DNA of 64,000 bases from NCBI RefSeq assembly GCF_963921235.1, contig NC_086108.1, positions 62,064,001 through 62,128,000 on the forward strand, read 5' to 3'. Under the pieces are notes generated by a model that saw nothing but the letters and a program-made list of their open reading frames with translations, did not search any database and was not told the origin of the DNA. This DNA comes from Mobula hypostoma (lineage: Eukaryota). This document shows, piece by piece, positions 1-13,327 of the stretch. The translations under genes and the position numbers were made by a program. The stretch's first letter is position 1; each line of letters begins with the position of its first letter.

Positions 1-216
1 TGGACATTGAACTCGCGCACAGTTTTTAAATATATTATTTGTTTTTTGTATGACTTTTAATCTATTCAATATACGTATATTGTAATTGATTTAATTATTT
101 GTTTACTATTATTATTTTTTTCTTCTTCTACTTCTATATTATGTATTGCATTGAAATGCTGCTGCAAAGTTAACAAATTTCATAACACATGCCGGTGACA
201 ATAAACCTGATTCTGA
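1..216 (+). mobile_element. 3' end of Rex1/Babar-like LINE
   Basis: Closely similar to 4710-4930; AATAAA followed by a GATTCT tail unit. Confidence 0.8.
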
Positions 217-310
217 AATATTACCCGTAATTGGTCATAAAATAATTTTTTTGTATAATTCAATAAACATTTACAAACCAAGGTACAAAATTTTGTGGAA
301 GACACTTTAC

Positions 311-385
311 CCTAGCAGCAAGTTGTAGTCCAATCTCATCAGCTTCAATCTCCAGTTTTCGACTGTAGGGTCTATCAAACATGTA
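311..385 (-). CDS. OMA1: OMA1 coding exon 6 (third zinc ligand Glu); gene continues beyond the left edge
   Basis: ttgcag|TAC...AGG|gtaaag; 75 nt. [25 protein letters not shown]. Not in the ORF track; read by hand. Confidence 0.96.
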
Positions 386-1914
386 CTGCAAGTAATAAAT
401 ATATTATTAATAAAAAGAACTGATAATATTATGCTTCAAGTCTGATCCATATTAATAAAACAGGTAGAGCAATACTACATGATAATTTCCAACTCCCTTT
501 AGCTCTAAGTATGCTTTCAGAAAATATTTTCTGGTATATTAACATTGAAATTCCATAAATTAGAGTCAGTATCTCATCACAATGAGATCTAAACTCTCAA
601 ACATCCTAGTGCAAAGTAACACTAAGCAGCTAATGTTCCAGATTTCTATTATAAAGAGTGCTTTGCTTTTTCACAATAATTAGGTATATAAGATAAATAT
701 TACATCAGGGTATGGAGTAATGATACTATTTTTTCTCATTAGGCTTCAATTTAATTAAAGCAGATCCTCCATTTAAACTGCTGCCACTCTGATTTATCAT
801 TCAAATTCAGGTAAAAGCAGGAAATGAAACATCACATTGCAGAATTGGACTCCAGTAGGAAATGTTATGTAAAAACCATAAATAGTAATAGCTACTGCAG
901 GTGCATTTTCTACACATCACAAAGAGCTAACTAACCCTTAGAGCAAATGTATCAATTAAATTACTACACACTAACTTGAGGGTGCAATTTACTAGGCCCA
1001 CCAAATTAAGCATCTTTTGAACATGTAACTGGCATTAGTTTCCATGGTCTGAGTAGAACATAACATTATGGGAGGGTTCAGAAGAACCTTCACACAGAAG
1101 CTGTACTTATCTCAAGAGTTCCACTATTTAAGTTCCACAGACTTGAACTATCTACATAGTTCATTAACTTTTTTTTAATCCAGTGTTGTCATACCCATGT
1201 CTGTTGTTCTTTTCCTCCCGGATCTGTCTTGTTCACTTGGCTTGCATTTTTTTTTAGATTTTTGTGTTTTTTTGGGACCCTATCAGCTGGGAAATGGTGA
1301 ACAGTCTAGCAGAAGGGGTTTGTATGTTTCAATCTACAATGAAGCTAAAAAAGTGTCTTATGTCGCTATTACAGAGCTGTTCGTCTATCTAACCCCAGTC
1401 ACAGTGCCATGTTTTATTTATTTACAAGTGACTGCCACCAGTGGTTCTGGATTGGCTGGAGCTCCAGCTATCTCACCAGTGTTAAATTCTTCTAGTTAGC
1501 CCTGTCTGCCTCAGACGGCGAAACAGTCCAAACCAAAGCCACAAATGAGATGAGGGCACTTTGACTCAGATCCTCGTACTTCCCCTGTCTCATCTTCCTC
1601 GTTATTCAGTCTGTGTAGTAGCTGGCATTGCCTGAACTCTCCTCACCCGCTGTCTTATACCCATCTGGCATCCACACAGCCCTCAGCATCTTCCAAAGTC
1701 TCCAAGCCCTCCACTGATAATGACAACTCAAAAATAACCTGATATGTAAAAGTGGTGAGTATCATGTTGGAATGCAGAACTCATTTAAAAGTATGATTTC
1801 AAAGCTTTAAGGTTAAAAGTGAAGAGGTTATTAAAAGTTTTATCTCAAACTTACCAACAGTTTCAATAACAAAAGCTTTGTACAGAAACATTTTCAAACG
1901 GTATACTGAGTACA

Positions 1915-4900
1915 GCTTCTATGCCCACTTTGAAAGGGAGAATATAACTACAGTTGTGAAGATCCCTGCTGCACCTGGTGACCCCGTGATCTCAGAGGAC
2001 GATGTTAGGCTGTCTTTAAAGACAGTGAACTCTTGTGAGGCAGAAGGCCCTGACAGAGTACCTGGTAAGGCTCTGAAAATTTGTGCCAATCAACTGGCGG
2101 GAGTATTCAAGGACACTTTTAACCTCTCACTGTTATGGGCGCAAGTTCCCACTTGCTTCAAAAAAGGCAATAAATTTACCAGTGCTTATGAAAAATAACG
2201 TGAGCTGCCTTAATGACTATCGTCCAGTAGCACTCACATCGACAGTGATGAAATGCTTTGAGAGGTTGGTCATGACTAGACTGAACTCCTGCCTCAGCAA
2301 GGACCTGGACCCATTGCAATCTGCCTATTGCCACAATTGGTCAACAGCAGACACAATTTCAATGGCTCTCCACATGGCTTTAGACCACCTGGACAACACA
2401 AACACCTATGTTAGGATGCTGTTCATCGACTATAGCTCCGCATTTAACACCATCATTCCCACAATCCTGATTGATAAGTTACATAACCTGGACCTCTGTA
2501 CCTCCCTCTGTAACTGGATCCTTGACTTCCAAACCAGAAGTCCACAATCTGTGTGGATTGGTGATAACATCTCCTCCATGCTGACGATAAACACTGGTGC
2601 ACCTCAGGGGTGTGTGCTTAGCCCACTGCTCTACTCTCTCTATACCCATGACTGTGTGGCTAGGCATAGCTCAAATACCATCTATAAATTTGGTGATGAT
2701 ACTACCATTGTTGGTAGAATCTCAGATGGAGACGAGAGGGCGTACAGGAGTGAGATATGCCAACTACTGGACTGGTGTCACAGCAACAACCTGGCACTTA
2801 ATGTCAGTAAGACGGAAGAGCTGATTGTGGACTTCAGGAAGGGTAAGATGAAGGAACACATACCAATCCTCACAGAGGGATCAGAAGTGGAGAGAGTGAG
2901 TAGTTTCAAGTTCCTAAATGTCAAGATCTCTGAGGACCTAACCTGGTCCCAATGTAGCAATGCAGCTATAAAGAAGGTAAGACAACGACTATATTTCATT
3001 ATGAGCTTGAAGAGATTCGGTATGTCAACAAAAACAACTCAAAAAGCTTCCTGCACCCGTGCTGAACTCATCAATTTCATCTACTTTGCCTCCAACTTCC
3101 ACCCTGCCTTCAAATTCACCTGGTCCTTTTCCGACACTTCCCTTCACTTCCTCGGTCTGTCTCTATCTCCGGAGACAGCTTATCCACCAATGTCTATTAT
3201 AAAACAACAGACTTTCACAGCTTCCTTGACTATACCTCATCCCACCCTGCCACTAGTAAAAACTCCATTCCCTTCTCTCAATTCCTCCGTCTCTGCCGCA
3301 TCTGCTCTCAGAATGAGGTTTTTTATTCTAGAATGAAGAAGATGTCCTCCTTTTTCAAAGAAAGGGGCTTCCCTTCCTCCACCATCAACGCTGCCCTCAA
3401 CCGCATCTCTTCTATTTCATGCACATCTGCTCTTACCCCATCCTCCCACCACACTACCAGGGATAGGGTTCGTCATATCCTCACCTACCACTCCACCAGC
3501 CTCTGCATCCAGCACATAATCCTCTGAAACTTCCACCACCTCCAAATGGATCCCACCACCAAACACTTCTTTCCCTCCCCCCCACCCCTTCTGCAGGGAT
3601 CAGTCCCTATGTGATTGCCTTGCCCATTCATCCCTTCCAACTGATCTCCCTCCTGGCACTTATCCTTGCAAGTGGAACAAGTGCTACACCTGCCCCTACA
3701 CCTCCTCCCTCATGACCATTCAAGGCCCCAAACAGTCCGTCCAGGTGAGGTGACACTTCACCTGTGAATCTGTTGGGGTCAGTGCTCCCAGTGTGGGCTC
3801 TTGTATGTCAGTGAGACCAAATGTGGATTGAGAGACTGTTTTGCCAAGCATCTAAGCTCCGTCCGCCAGAACAAGTGGGATCTCCCAGTGGCCACCCATT
3901 TTAGTTCCATTTCCTATTCCCATTCTGATATATCCATCCATGGCCTCCTCCACTGACGAGGTAAAACCACACTTAGGTTGGAGGAACAACATCTTATATT
4001 TCATTTGGGTAGCCTCCAACCTGATGGCAAGAAGATTGATTTCTCAAACATCCGGTAATACCTGCCCCTCCCCCCTTCACCATTTCCAATCCCCTTTTCC
4101 CTGTCTCATGCCCGCTTATCGCCTCCCTGTAGTGCTCTTTCCCCCTCCCTTTTTTTCTTTCTTGCTTGGCCTTCTGTCTCGTTCACCAATCAACTTTCTA
4201 GCTCTTAGTTTCATCCCTTCCCCTCCAAGTTTCATCTATGATCTGGTAGTACTCTCTCCCATCTCCCCACCTTTCAAATCTACTCCTCAGCCTTTTCTCC
4301 AGTCCTACCGAAGGGTCAGCTGTACTTTCTTCCATAGATGCTGCCTGGCCTCCTGAGTTCCTCCAGCATTTTGTGTGTGTTGCAAAAACTTCTACAGATG
4401 TACCGTGGAGACCATTCTGACAAGCTGCATCACTGTCTGGTATGGGGGGTGAGGGCATTGCACAGGACCCAAAGAAGCTGCAGAGGGTTATAAATTTAGT
4501 CAGCTTCATCTTGGGTACTAGCCTACAAAGTATCTAGAACATCTTCAGGGAGTGGTGTCTCAGAAAGGCAGTGTCCATACTGAGGACCTCCAGCACCCAG
4601 GGCATGCCCTTTTCTCACTGTTACCATCAGGTAGGAGCTACAGAAGCCTGAAGACACACACTCAGCGATTCAGGAACAGCTTCTTCCCCTCTGCCATCCG
4701 ATTCCTAAATGGACATTGAATCCATGAACACTACCTCACCTTTTTTAAATAAATATTATTTCTGATTTTGCATGATTTTTAATCTATTCAATACACATAT
4801 ATGGTAATTTATTTATTATTATTTTTTCTCTTTCTTCTTCTATATTATGTATTGCATTGAACTGCTGCTGCTAAGTTAACAAATTTCACGTCACATGCTG

Positions 4901-4930
4901 GTGATAATAAACCTGATTCTGATTCTGATT
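1915..4930 (+). mobile_element. 5'-truncated Rex1/Babar-like LINE (RT), split by a Penelope insertion
   Basis: [41 protein letters not shown] (FADD mutated). Resumes after 4383 with NFYRCTVE..LTSCITVWYG; ends AATAAA + (GATTCT)n. Confidence 0.9.
3046..4382 (+). mobile_element. 5'-truncated Penelope-like element nested in the Rex1 LINE
   Basis: [23 protein letters not shown]-like and RLEEQHL-like segments, 3' pLTR; flanked by CAAAAA at 3040-3045 and 4383-4388. Confidence 0.88.
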
Positions 4931-6056
4931 CAAGATGCAGGGCAAACATCGGAATCAGTCCCAATAACAACAGTGTGTGACAGTGAAATTAGAAGGGGGT
5001 AGAACTGGACATCTGGTAGGAAAAACTAAAAGTACACTTTAAACCATTATTAAAATGTTAGAAAAATATATCACATCCTGCTCTTTAACTGTGTTCCATT
5101 GAAAACATGGTTCACAGCTGGACTATTCTATTCTGGAAAATATTAAATTGGTTTCCGCATGACTACTAAAACATCTCACCAGTTTTTATTAAAATACATA
5201 ACTATTCTGTAACACTTTAAGATAACACAATACTCCCAACATGGCAGTGATGAAATGTATCACCCCACTAATGAACTAGTCATATTGATTTCAGATCTGT
5301 ACTAGGTTAGCTTATATCAATATGAAGAGAAGAAGGGTTGTTACAATGGCAATAACACAACTGTTCCGAAGAGGAAGGGAAACAGAAAAAGGTGATTTCA
5401 TTCAACTCACTTTCTACAGAAGATAAATGAGTGGCTAGGGAACTCCGGGAATCGGAGTCCAACATGAGTTAATTCCTTGGAGTGAGATAGGAACGATATA
5501 AAAAGGTAAGCCACATTTGATCAAATTGATTTTCATCAGTCCAGTGTCATTACTGTTCTGTATCATTACTCCTGCTCTCTACCATTTTCTGATCTCAGAG
5601 CAGGCTTGGAAGAAAATTGCATAAGTTGGCTTATCATATGTTGTGGACACAATGTTAGGCATTGCTTTAAAGACATTATTGCAAGGCACTTAGAAGAATT
5701 AATAATGAGGCAAAGACAAAAGAGGGATTAATTAGATGGAATCCTTTTAAGAAGTATCTTTAGGTGGATGAAGGAGAACTCAGAATTCCAGAAGGCATTT
5801 GATAAGATGCTGCAACAAAACTCAGATGGGTATGCACAAAAGGTTGGATGCTAAAACAAATTGAAAGTAGGGATAAGTTGATCTTTCTTTAATTGGTAAG
5901 TGTGACAAGTACTGGGACCTCAGCTTTTTACCATTTATATTAACAACCTGGAGGAAGGCACCAGGGGTATGATTGCTGAGTTTGTTGGTGACACAAAGAC
6001 AGTTACGCAAGTTCTGACAGGACACAATAAGGTTTACAGGGATATAGATTAAATGA

Positions 6057-6790
6057 GCTTGGTATAATGGAAATAAGTGCCAAGAAAACCAAGCTCATGG
6101 CAAATGCCAACAGTGCCATAACAACAGACATCTCAGTCCATGGTCAGAAACTTGAGACAGTGCAGCAGTTCAAATACCTGGGGGCAATCATCACTGATGA
6201 AGGATCAAGACCAGAAGTGCTGGCAAGAACCGCACAGACAATGACTGCACTATCCAAACTCAGGACAATATGGAGGGACAGCAACATCACCATGAAGTAC
6301 AAGACCAGACTCCTGCGTGCGTTGGTATTCTCCATCTTCCTGTACGCATGTGAGACATGGACCCTCACAGCAGAGCTACAGAGGAAGATACAGGCATTGG
6401 ATATGAGATGCTATCACAACATCTTGGGCATCTCATCCTTGGACCACATCACAAACCAGCAGGTTACAAGACCATCCAGCACCACATTGGCTCCCATGAA
6501 GACCTTCTCACAACAGTGAAGAAAAGAAAGCTGAGATGGTATGGCCACGTAACAAGATCCAGTGGCCTTTCAAAGACCGTTCTACAAGGAACTGTGGAGG
6601 GGAAAATAAGGAGAGGTAGACAGAGGAAAAGATGGATGGACAACATTAAAGAATGGACAGGGAAAACATTTGCGGTGACCCAGGCTCTGGCACACAACCG
6701 CGACAGATGGAACAGACTGGTGCAAAGCTTGTCATGACGGCGCCCCGACGACTCCACCAGGAGTTAAGGGCGCAAGGAAGGAAGGAAGGA
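6057..6790 (+). mobile_element. 5'-truncated RTE-clade LINE
   Basis: EISAKKTK, FKYLG, LYACETWTL, RKLRWYGHV, RRGRQRKRW; (GAAG)n tail; 11-bp TSD AGATTAAATGA at 6046-6056 and 6791-6801; one frameshift. Confidence 0.92.
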
Positions 6791-6849
6791 AGATTAAATG
6801 ACTGGGCAGCAATCTGGCAAAAGTAGTATACTGTGATAACTGTAAAATT

Positions 6850-7861
6850 ACAAATGAGAAAATCTGTAGATGCTGGAAACCCGAGCAACACACACAAAAT
6901 GCTGGAGCAACTCAGCAGGCCAGGCAGCATCTGTAGAAAAGTACAGTCCACATTTCAGGCCAACACCCTTCGGCAGGACTGGAGAAAAAAAGCTGAGAAG
7001 TAGATTTGAAAGGTGGGGGCAGGGGAGAGAGAAATGCCAGGCGATGGGAGAAACTTGGAGCGGGAGGGATGAAGCAAAGAGCTAGGAAGTTGATTGGTGA
7101 AAGAGACAAAAGGCCATGGAAGAAAGAAAAAAAGTGGGCACGCAAGGAGATAATATGAGAGAGGGAAAAGGGGATGGGAAATGGTGGAGTAGGGACACAT
7201 TACTGGAAGTTTGAGAAATCAATGTTCATCCAATCAGAATAGAGTGTGTTGTTCCTCCAATCTAAGTGTGTCCTTATCAGGACAGTGGAGGAGGCCATGA
7301 ATGGACATATCGGAATGGGAATGGGAAGTGGAATTAAAATAGGTGGTCACTGGGAGACCCTGCCTGTTCCGGCAGATGGAGCATAGATGCTTGGTGAAGC
7401 AGTCTCTCAATCTACGCCTGCGTCTCACCGATATACAGCAGGTCACACCCAGGAGCTCTGAACACAGTATATGATGCACAGCTGAAGTGTTGCCTCACCT
7501 GGAAGGACTGTTTGGGGCCCTGAATGGTAGTGAGGGAGGAGCTGTAGCACTTGTTCCTCTTGCAAGGATAGGCGCCACGAGGGAGATCAGTGGGGAGGGA
7601 TGAATGGACAAGGGAGTCCTGTAGGGAGCAATCCCTGTGTAAAGTGGAAAGTGGTGGGGAGGGAAAGATGTGTTTGGTGGGCGGATCCAATTGGGGGTGG
7701 CAGAAGTTTTGGAGAATTATGTGCTGGATGCGGAAGCTGGTGTGGTGGTAGGTAAGGACAAGAGGAACCCTATCCCTGGTAGGGTGGAGGGTGGATGGGG
7801 GTAAGAGCAGACGTGCATGAAATGCAAGAGATGCAGTTGAGGGCAGCGTTGATGGTGAAGG
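6850..7861 (-). mobile_element. Penelope-like 3' fragment (GIY-YIG + pLTR)
   Basis: RVPLVLTYHH, CKRNKCY, LLYIGET; TSD AA(C/T)TGTAAAATT at 6838-6849 and 7862-7873. Confidence 0.88.
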
Positions 7862-9024
7862 AATTGTAAAATTGTCTATTATGGCAGAAACCATAAAAAA
7901 GCAAATTATCTGAATGAACAACAACTGCAGAACTCTTAGAATCAGGAGTTCCGGGTGTCCTGGTACACGATTCATAAAAGGCAGTTATGTTGGTGCTAAA
8001 AGTAATTTGGAAAGCTAATAGTATTATTGTTAAGAGAAGTAAACATAAAAGTTGGGAAGTTGTACTTCAGTTATATAGAACATGACATGCCATATCTGTG
8101 TATAATATCAGTCCATTCACTCAAGTATATTAATGAGTTGATAGCCAATTCTGAGAAGGCTTGCTAGACTGATTCCTCCAAAGGGAAGAGTATCTAATGA
8201 GGAAAGATTAGACAAGGCTTACGCCTGCTGGTTCAGGACAGCGAGAAAGAACTTGAAACATCTAAGTGATCTTGACTAGATCAAAGTCAAGTTCAATTTC
8301 AATTATTCAACCGTACATGAATGTAGCCAAATGAAAAGCGATCCTACAGGGCCAAGGTGCAAAACAGCATACAGTATACTGCACATAGCACATATAGTTA
8401 CAATTTCAGAAAAACAGAGTCACAAAGAAAATAAAATATAGGCCAAGTCCCTGAATGTCCAGCTTGTTCTTTCACCAAGAGCATGGAGCAAGCACTGGAG
8501 AGCGGCACCCAACTCAGAACGGATTCCAGGAGGACTCAACCCCACTCCACCTCGGAGTCTCCTCTCCTGGGCGACTACAACAAGCGACCCCACAGCCTAG
8601 GGCTAGTTCTTGCCACAATCGAGGCAACGCAGCTCCCCCACCATCAGTCTTGTCAATGAACCAGCGAACCTGGCTTGCAGTGTTCTACACTACCGATGTC
8701 CAACAATAAATCACAATAAATAAAGACTGACGCAGAGATTGTTTCCTCTCATGGAAGGAGTCGCTGCTTAACATAAAGACAGAAATGAAATGAATTTTGT
8801 TTCCTTCAGAACATCTTGAGCCTTTGGAGCTGTCTTCCTTAAACAGCGGCTTTCAACGAGTAGTAAGGTTCTTTATAAGGAAGGGGATGGAAGGTTATTG
8901 AAAATGTACTGGATCAGCTTTGATCTTCCTGAATGATGAAGCAGACTAGAAGGGCTGAGTAACCTGCTCCACGTCCTAAGGTTAGTTCAGAACTAATATG
9001 CAAAAGTTTTGGAAGTAGTCTCAC

Positions 9025-9153
9025 CTGAATTAGCTTGCCTTGGATCCACTGCCCCAGAAGAGCAAGGCTATCCCGTGGGAACACAGCCCAAGTAAGCGTC
9101 AGAAATACGAGGGACACGAAGTCAAGGAGTTGAATAATACTTGCATGTTCTGC
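9025..9153 (-). CDS. OMA1: OMA1 coding exon 5
   Basis: ttgcag|GCA...CAG|gtgaga; 129 nt. [43 protein letters not shown]. Confidence 0.96.
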
Positions 9154-10421
9154 CTGCAACAATAGGCGAGTTAGTGCTCATTCACTACAGAAATGCTTAG
9201 AAACATCGAAATAATCCTCCCACACTCCCACCTGTGTAATGAAATCCCCCTCAGTTATACTCCAATTATCCACGGTCTACTGACACCAACCCATTTCCTT
9301 TCTGATATAAATTAATCTAATAAGCCATTAAAAAAATTAAATTACATTTATTTGTACTGCATTTGTCTTTATTCCAATGTATTACTGCATCAAGTAATGT
9401 TGTTTCATAATCAAAAATTAAATCTCAGATGGCTATAAAATGTCTGGTTAACAAGCAGAATTAAAATAAACTACTGAACAACTAAGGACTTGTCACACAT
9501 CAGCCCATTTCTTGAATATCTGTAACAGAAAGGTTTGGTCATTTACTACAGGAAGGGGTTGGTGCACAGCCTCCCGTTAACATCAATGGCGCTGAGGTCT
9601 AGAGGCTGAGCACCTCAAATTCCCAACAGTGAATCTCAGCAATAGTCTGTCCTGGTCCAACTACATGGACAGAGGCAGCACGGTGTGACAACTGATCTGC
9701 TAGAGTTGTGAACACAGCTCAGCACATCACAGAAACCACCCTCCCTTCCAAGGACTCTGTCTACACCTCACCCTGCATCAATAAACCAAACACGATCTCT
9801 TTCTCTCTTCTCTCCTCCTCCCATTGGGCAGAAGATACAAATAGCAGAAAACACCAAGCTCAAGGATGGCTTCCATCCCATTGTTATAACACTACTAAAC
9901 AGCTCTCTAATATGATAAAATGGACCATCGAACACATCATCTACTTTCTTATGGCGTTGCACCATATAGGGCATGAAGGGATATGGGGAGAAGACAGGAG
10001 ATTGGGGCTGAGAGGTAAAATGGATCAGCCATGATGAAATGGTGGAGCATACTCGATGGGCCTAATGGCCTAATTCTGCTCCTATATCTTATGGTCTTCA
10101 CTCTCTCTGTGATCGATTTACAGAGGAAGTATCACTTTATCAGTAGAATAACAGTGAGTAAGTGCATCACTTTATTCTTCTCGTTGTATGACTTCAATGC
10201 ACTGATGAGATAGACCTGTATGTTTGGCATGCAAAATAACGTTCATCATGTATGTGTGACAATTATTAACATTCCTCTTGACGAAGCCTTCATGATTTTA
10301 AATACCCATCAGGTCCCCACTCAGCTGATTATGTCCAAGGAAACCACCCCTTCAACAGTCAACACACATCAAAGTTACTGGTGAACGCAGCAGGCCAGGC
10401 AGCATCTCTAGGAAGAGGTAC

Positions 10422-10457
10422 AGTCGACGTTTCAGGCCGAGACCCTTCATCAGGACT
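10422..10457 (-). ncRNA. Minimal type I hammerhead ribozyme motif in Penelope pLTR (sense to OMA1 intron)
   Basis: Minus strand AGUC CUGAUGA A GGGU CUCG GCCU GAA ACGU C/GACU: conserved core, stem I AGUC/GACU, stem II, palindromic ACGU, GUC cleavage triplet. Confidence 0.82.
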
Positions 10458-12924
10458 AACTGAAAGAAGAGCTAGTAAGAGATTTGAAAGTGGGAGGGGG
10501 AGGGGGAGATCCAAAATGATAGGAGAAAACAGGAGGGGGAGGAATGGAGCCAAGAGCTGGACAGATGATTGGCAAAAGGGATATGGGAGTATCATGGGAC
10601 AGGAGGCCCAGGGAGAAGGAAAAGAGGGAGGGGGGGGAAAAATCCAGAGGATGGGCAAGGGGTATAGTCAGAGGGACAGAGGGAGAAAAAGGAGAGTGAG
10701 AGAAAGAATGTGTGTATATAAATAACAGATGGGGTACGAGGGGGAGGTGGGGCATTAGCGGAAGTTAGAGAAGTCAATGTTCATGCCATCAGGTTGGAGG
10801 CTACCCAGACGGAATACAAGGTGTTGTTCCTCCAACCTGAATGTGGCTTCATCTTTACAGTAGAGGAGGCCGTGGATAGACATGTCAGAATGGGAATGGG
10901 ATGTGGAATTAAAATATGTGGCCACTGGGAGATCCTGCTTTCTCTGGCGACCAGAGCATAGGTGTTCAGCAAAACGATCTCCCAGTCTGCGTCGGGTCTT
11001 GCTAATATATAGAAGGCCACATCGGGAGCACCGGACGCAGTATATCACCCCAGCCAACTCACAGGTGAAGTGTCGCCTCACCTGGAAGGACTGTCTGGGG
11101 CCCTGAATGGTGGTAAGGGAGGAGTGTAAGGGCATGTGTAGCACTTGTTCTGCTTACAAAGATAAGTGCCAGGAGGGAGATCAGTGGGGAGGGATGGGGG
11201 AGACGAATGGACAAGGGAGTCGCGTAGGGAGCGATCCCTGCTGAAAGCCGGGGAGGGGGGGAAGGGAAAGATGTGCTTAGTGGTGGGATCCCGTTGGAGG
11301 TGGCGGAAGTTACGGAGAATAATATGTTCGACCCGGAGGCTGGTGGGGTGGTAGGTGAGGACCAGGGGAACCCTATTCCTAGCGGGGTGGTGGGAGGATG
11401 GAGTGAGAGCAGATGTGCATGAAATGGGGGAGATGCATTTGAGAGCAGAGTTGATGGTGGAGGAAGGGAAGCCCCTTTCTTTAAAAAAAAGGAGGACATC
11501 TCCCTCGTCCTGGAATGAAAAGCCTCATCCTGAGAGCAGATGCGGCGGAGATGGAGGAATTGCGAGAAGGGGATGGCATTTTTGCAAGAGACAGGGTGAG
11601 AAGAGGAATAGTCCAGATAGCTGCGAGAGTCTGTAGCCTTATAGTAGACATCAGTAGATAAGCTGTCTCCAGAGACAGAGACAGAAAGATCTAGAAAGGG
11701 GAGGGGGGTATCAGAAATGGACCAGGTAAACTTGAGGGCAGGGTGAAAGTTGGAGGCAAAGTTAATAAAGTCAATGAGCTCAGCAGGAAGCAGCGCCAAT
11801 GCAGTCGTCGATGCAGTGAAGGAAAAGTGGGGGACAGATACCAGAATGGGTTCAGAACATAGATTGTTATTGTTCCACAAAGCCAACAAAAAGGCAGGCA
11901 TAGCTAGGACCCATACGGGTGCCCATGGCTACACCTTTAGTTTGGAGGAAGTGGGAGGAGCCAAAGGAGAAATAATTAAGAGTAAGGACTAATTCCGCTA
12001 GACGGAGCAGAGTGGTGGTAGAGGGGAACTGATTAGGTCTGGAATCCAAAAAGAAGCGGAGAGCTTTGAGACCTTCCTGATGGGCAATGGAAGTATATAG
12101 GGACTGGACATCCATGGTGAAAATAAAGTGGTGGGGCAAGGGAACTTAAAATCATCGAAAAGTTTACATAGGTAGGAAGGGATTGAACAAGGGGGGATAA
12201 AACAGTGTCGAGGTATGCAGAAACGAGTTCGGTGGGGCAGGAGCAAGCTGAGACAATAGGTCAGCCAGGACAGGCTGGTTTGTGGATCTTGGGTAGAAGG
12301 TAGAAATGGGAAGTGCGAGGTGTGGGAACTATAAGGTTGATAGCAGTGGATGGGAGATCCCCTGAGCGGATAAAGTTGGTAATGGTGTGGGAGACAATGG
12401 CCTGGTGCTCCTTAGTGGGGTCACGATTGAGGGGTAAATAAGAGGAGGTATCCGCGAGCTGTTGCTGTGCCTCGGCAAGGTAGAGATCAGTGCGCCAGAC
12501 TACAACAGCACCCCCCCTATCGGCCGGTTTTATAGTAAGGTTAGGATTAGTGCAGAGGGAGTGGAGAGCAGAGCGTTCAGAAGGAGTGAGGTTGGAATGG
12601 GAACAAGGTGCGGTGAAGTCAAGACGGTCGATGTCCCGTCGGCAGTTCTCAATAAAGAGATCCAGGGCAGGCAGAAGACCAGTGCGGGGTGTTCATGAAG
12701 AGGAGGAGGGTTGAAGACAGGAGAAGGGGTCATCAGTGGGGGTGGAAGAGTCCTTGCCGAAGAAGTAGGCTCGGAGACGGCGGAAGAACAGTTCCGCGTC
12801 ATGGCGAATGCGGAACTCGCTGAGGTGTGGGCAAAGGGGGACAAAGGTGAGGCCCTTACTGAGGACAGAGTGTCCTGCCTCAGACAGCTGAAGGTCGGAG
12901 GGGATGGTAAAGACCCGGCACGGA

Positions 12925-13327
12925 TGAGAGCTGGGATCAGAGGGGGGAAGCTGGGGGTGTCAGTGGAGAGGGGAGGGTTGGGGTGAGAGGAAGATGGAGC
13001 CTCTGAGGGCCTAGGAGCTGACGGTGGGATCTGAGGAAGACGGGGTTGCAGAGTGGTGGTGGGGGAAGGGGAGACGGGAGTCACAACAGCAGCACATAAA
13101 GACCCGGCCTGGAGTTCAAGGTTCGAATCTTGAGAGCTGGGATCAGAGGCGGGAGGCTGGGGGTGTCAATGGAGAGGGGAGGGTTGGGGTGAGAGGAAGA
13201 TGGAGCCTCTGAGTACCCAGGAGCTGACGATGGGATCTGAAGGAGACGGGGTTGCGGAGTAGTGGTGGGGGAAGGGGAGACAGGAGTCACAACAGCAGCA
13301 CATAAAGACCCGGTCTGGAGTTCAAGG
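12925..13327. repeat. Two-copy ~197-bp tandem duplication inside the Penelope N-terminal region
   Basis: 12925-13121 and 13131-13327 are highly similar; the minus strand encodes a Pro/Ser-rich TPVSPSPTTT...SSSHPNPPLS..TPS.PPLIPAL unit twice. Confidence 0.9.

Larger units (their letters stand above)
5620..8985 (+). mobile_element. Old CR1 LINE broken up by three later insertions
   Basis: Decayed CR1 RT/3' segments at ~5620-6056, 6791-6849, 7862-8280 and 8725-8985 read collinearly once the inserts are removed. Confidence 0.7.

Noticed and set aside
10381..10725. Recurrent small ORFs (NAAGQAAS.GRGTVDVSGRDPSSG; also at 42175, 55877, 62977) as a peptide family
   Set aside because: They are antisense translations of the pLTR/hammerhead; similarity reflects repeat identity.
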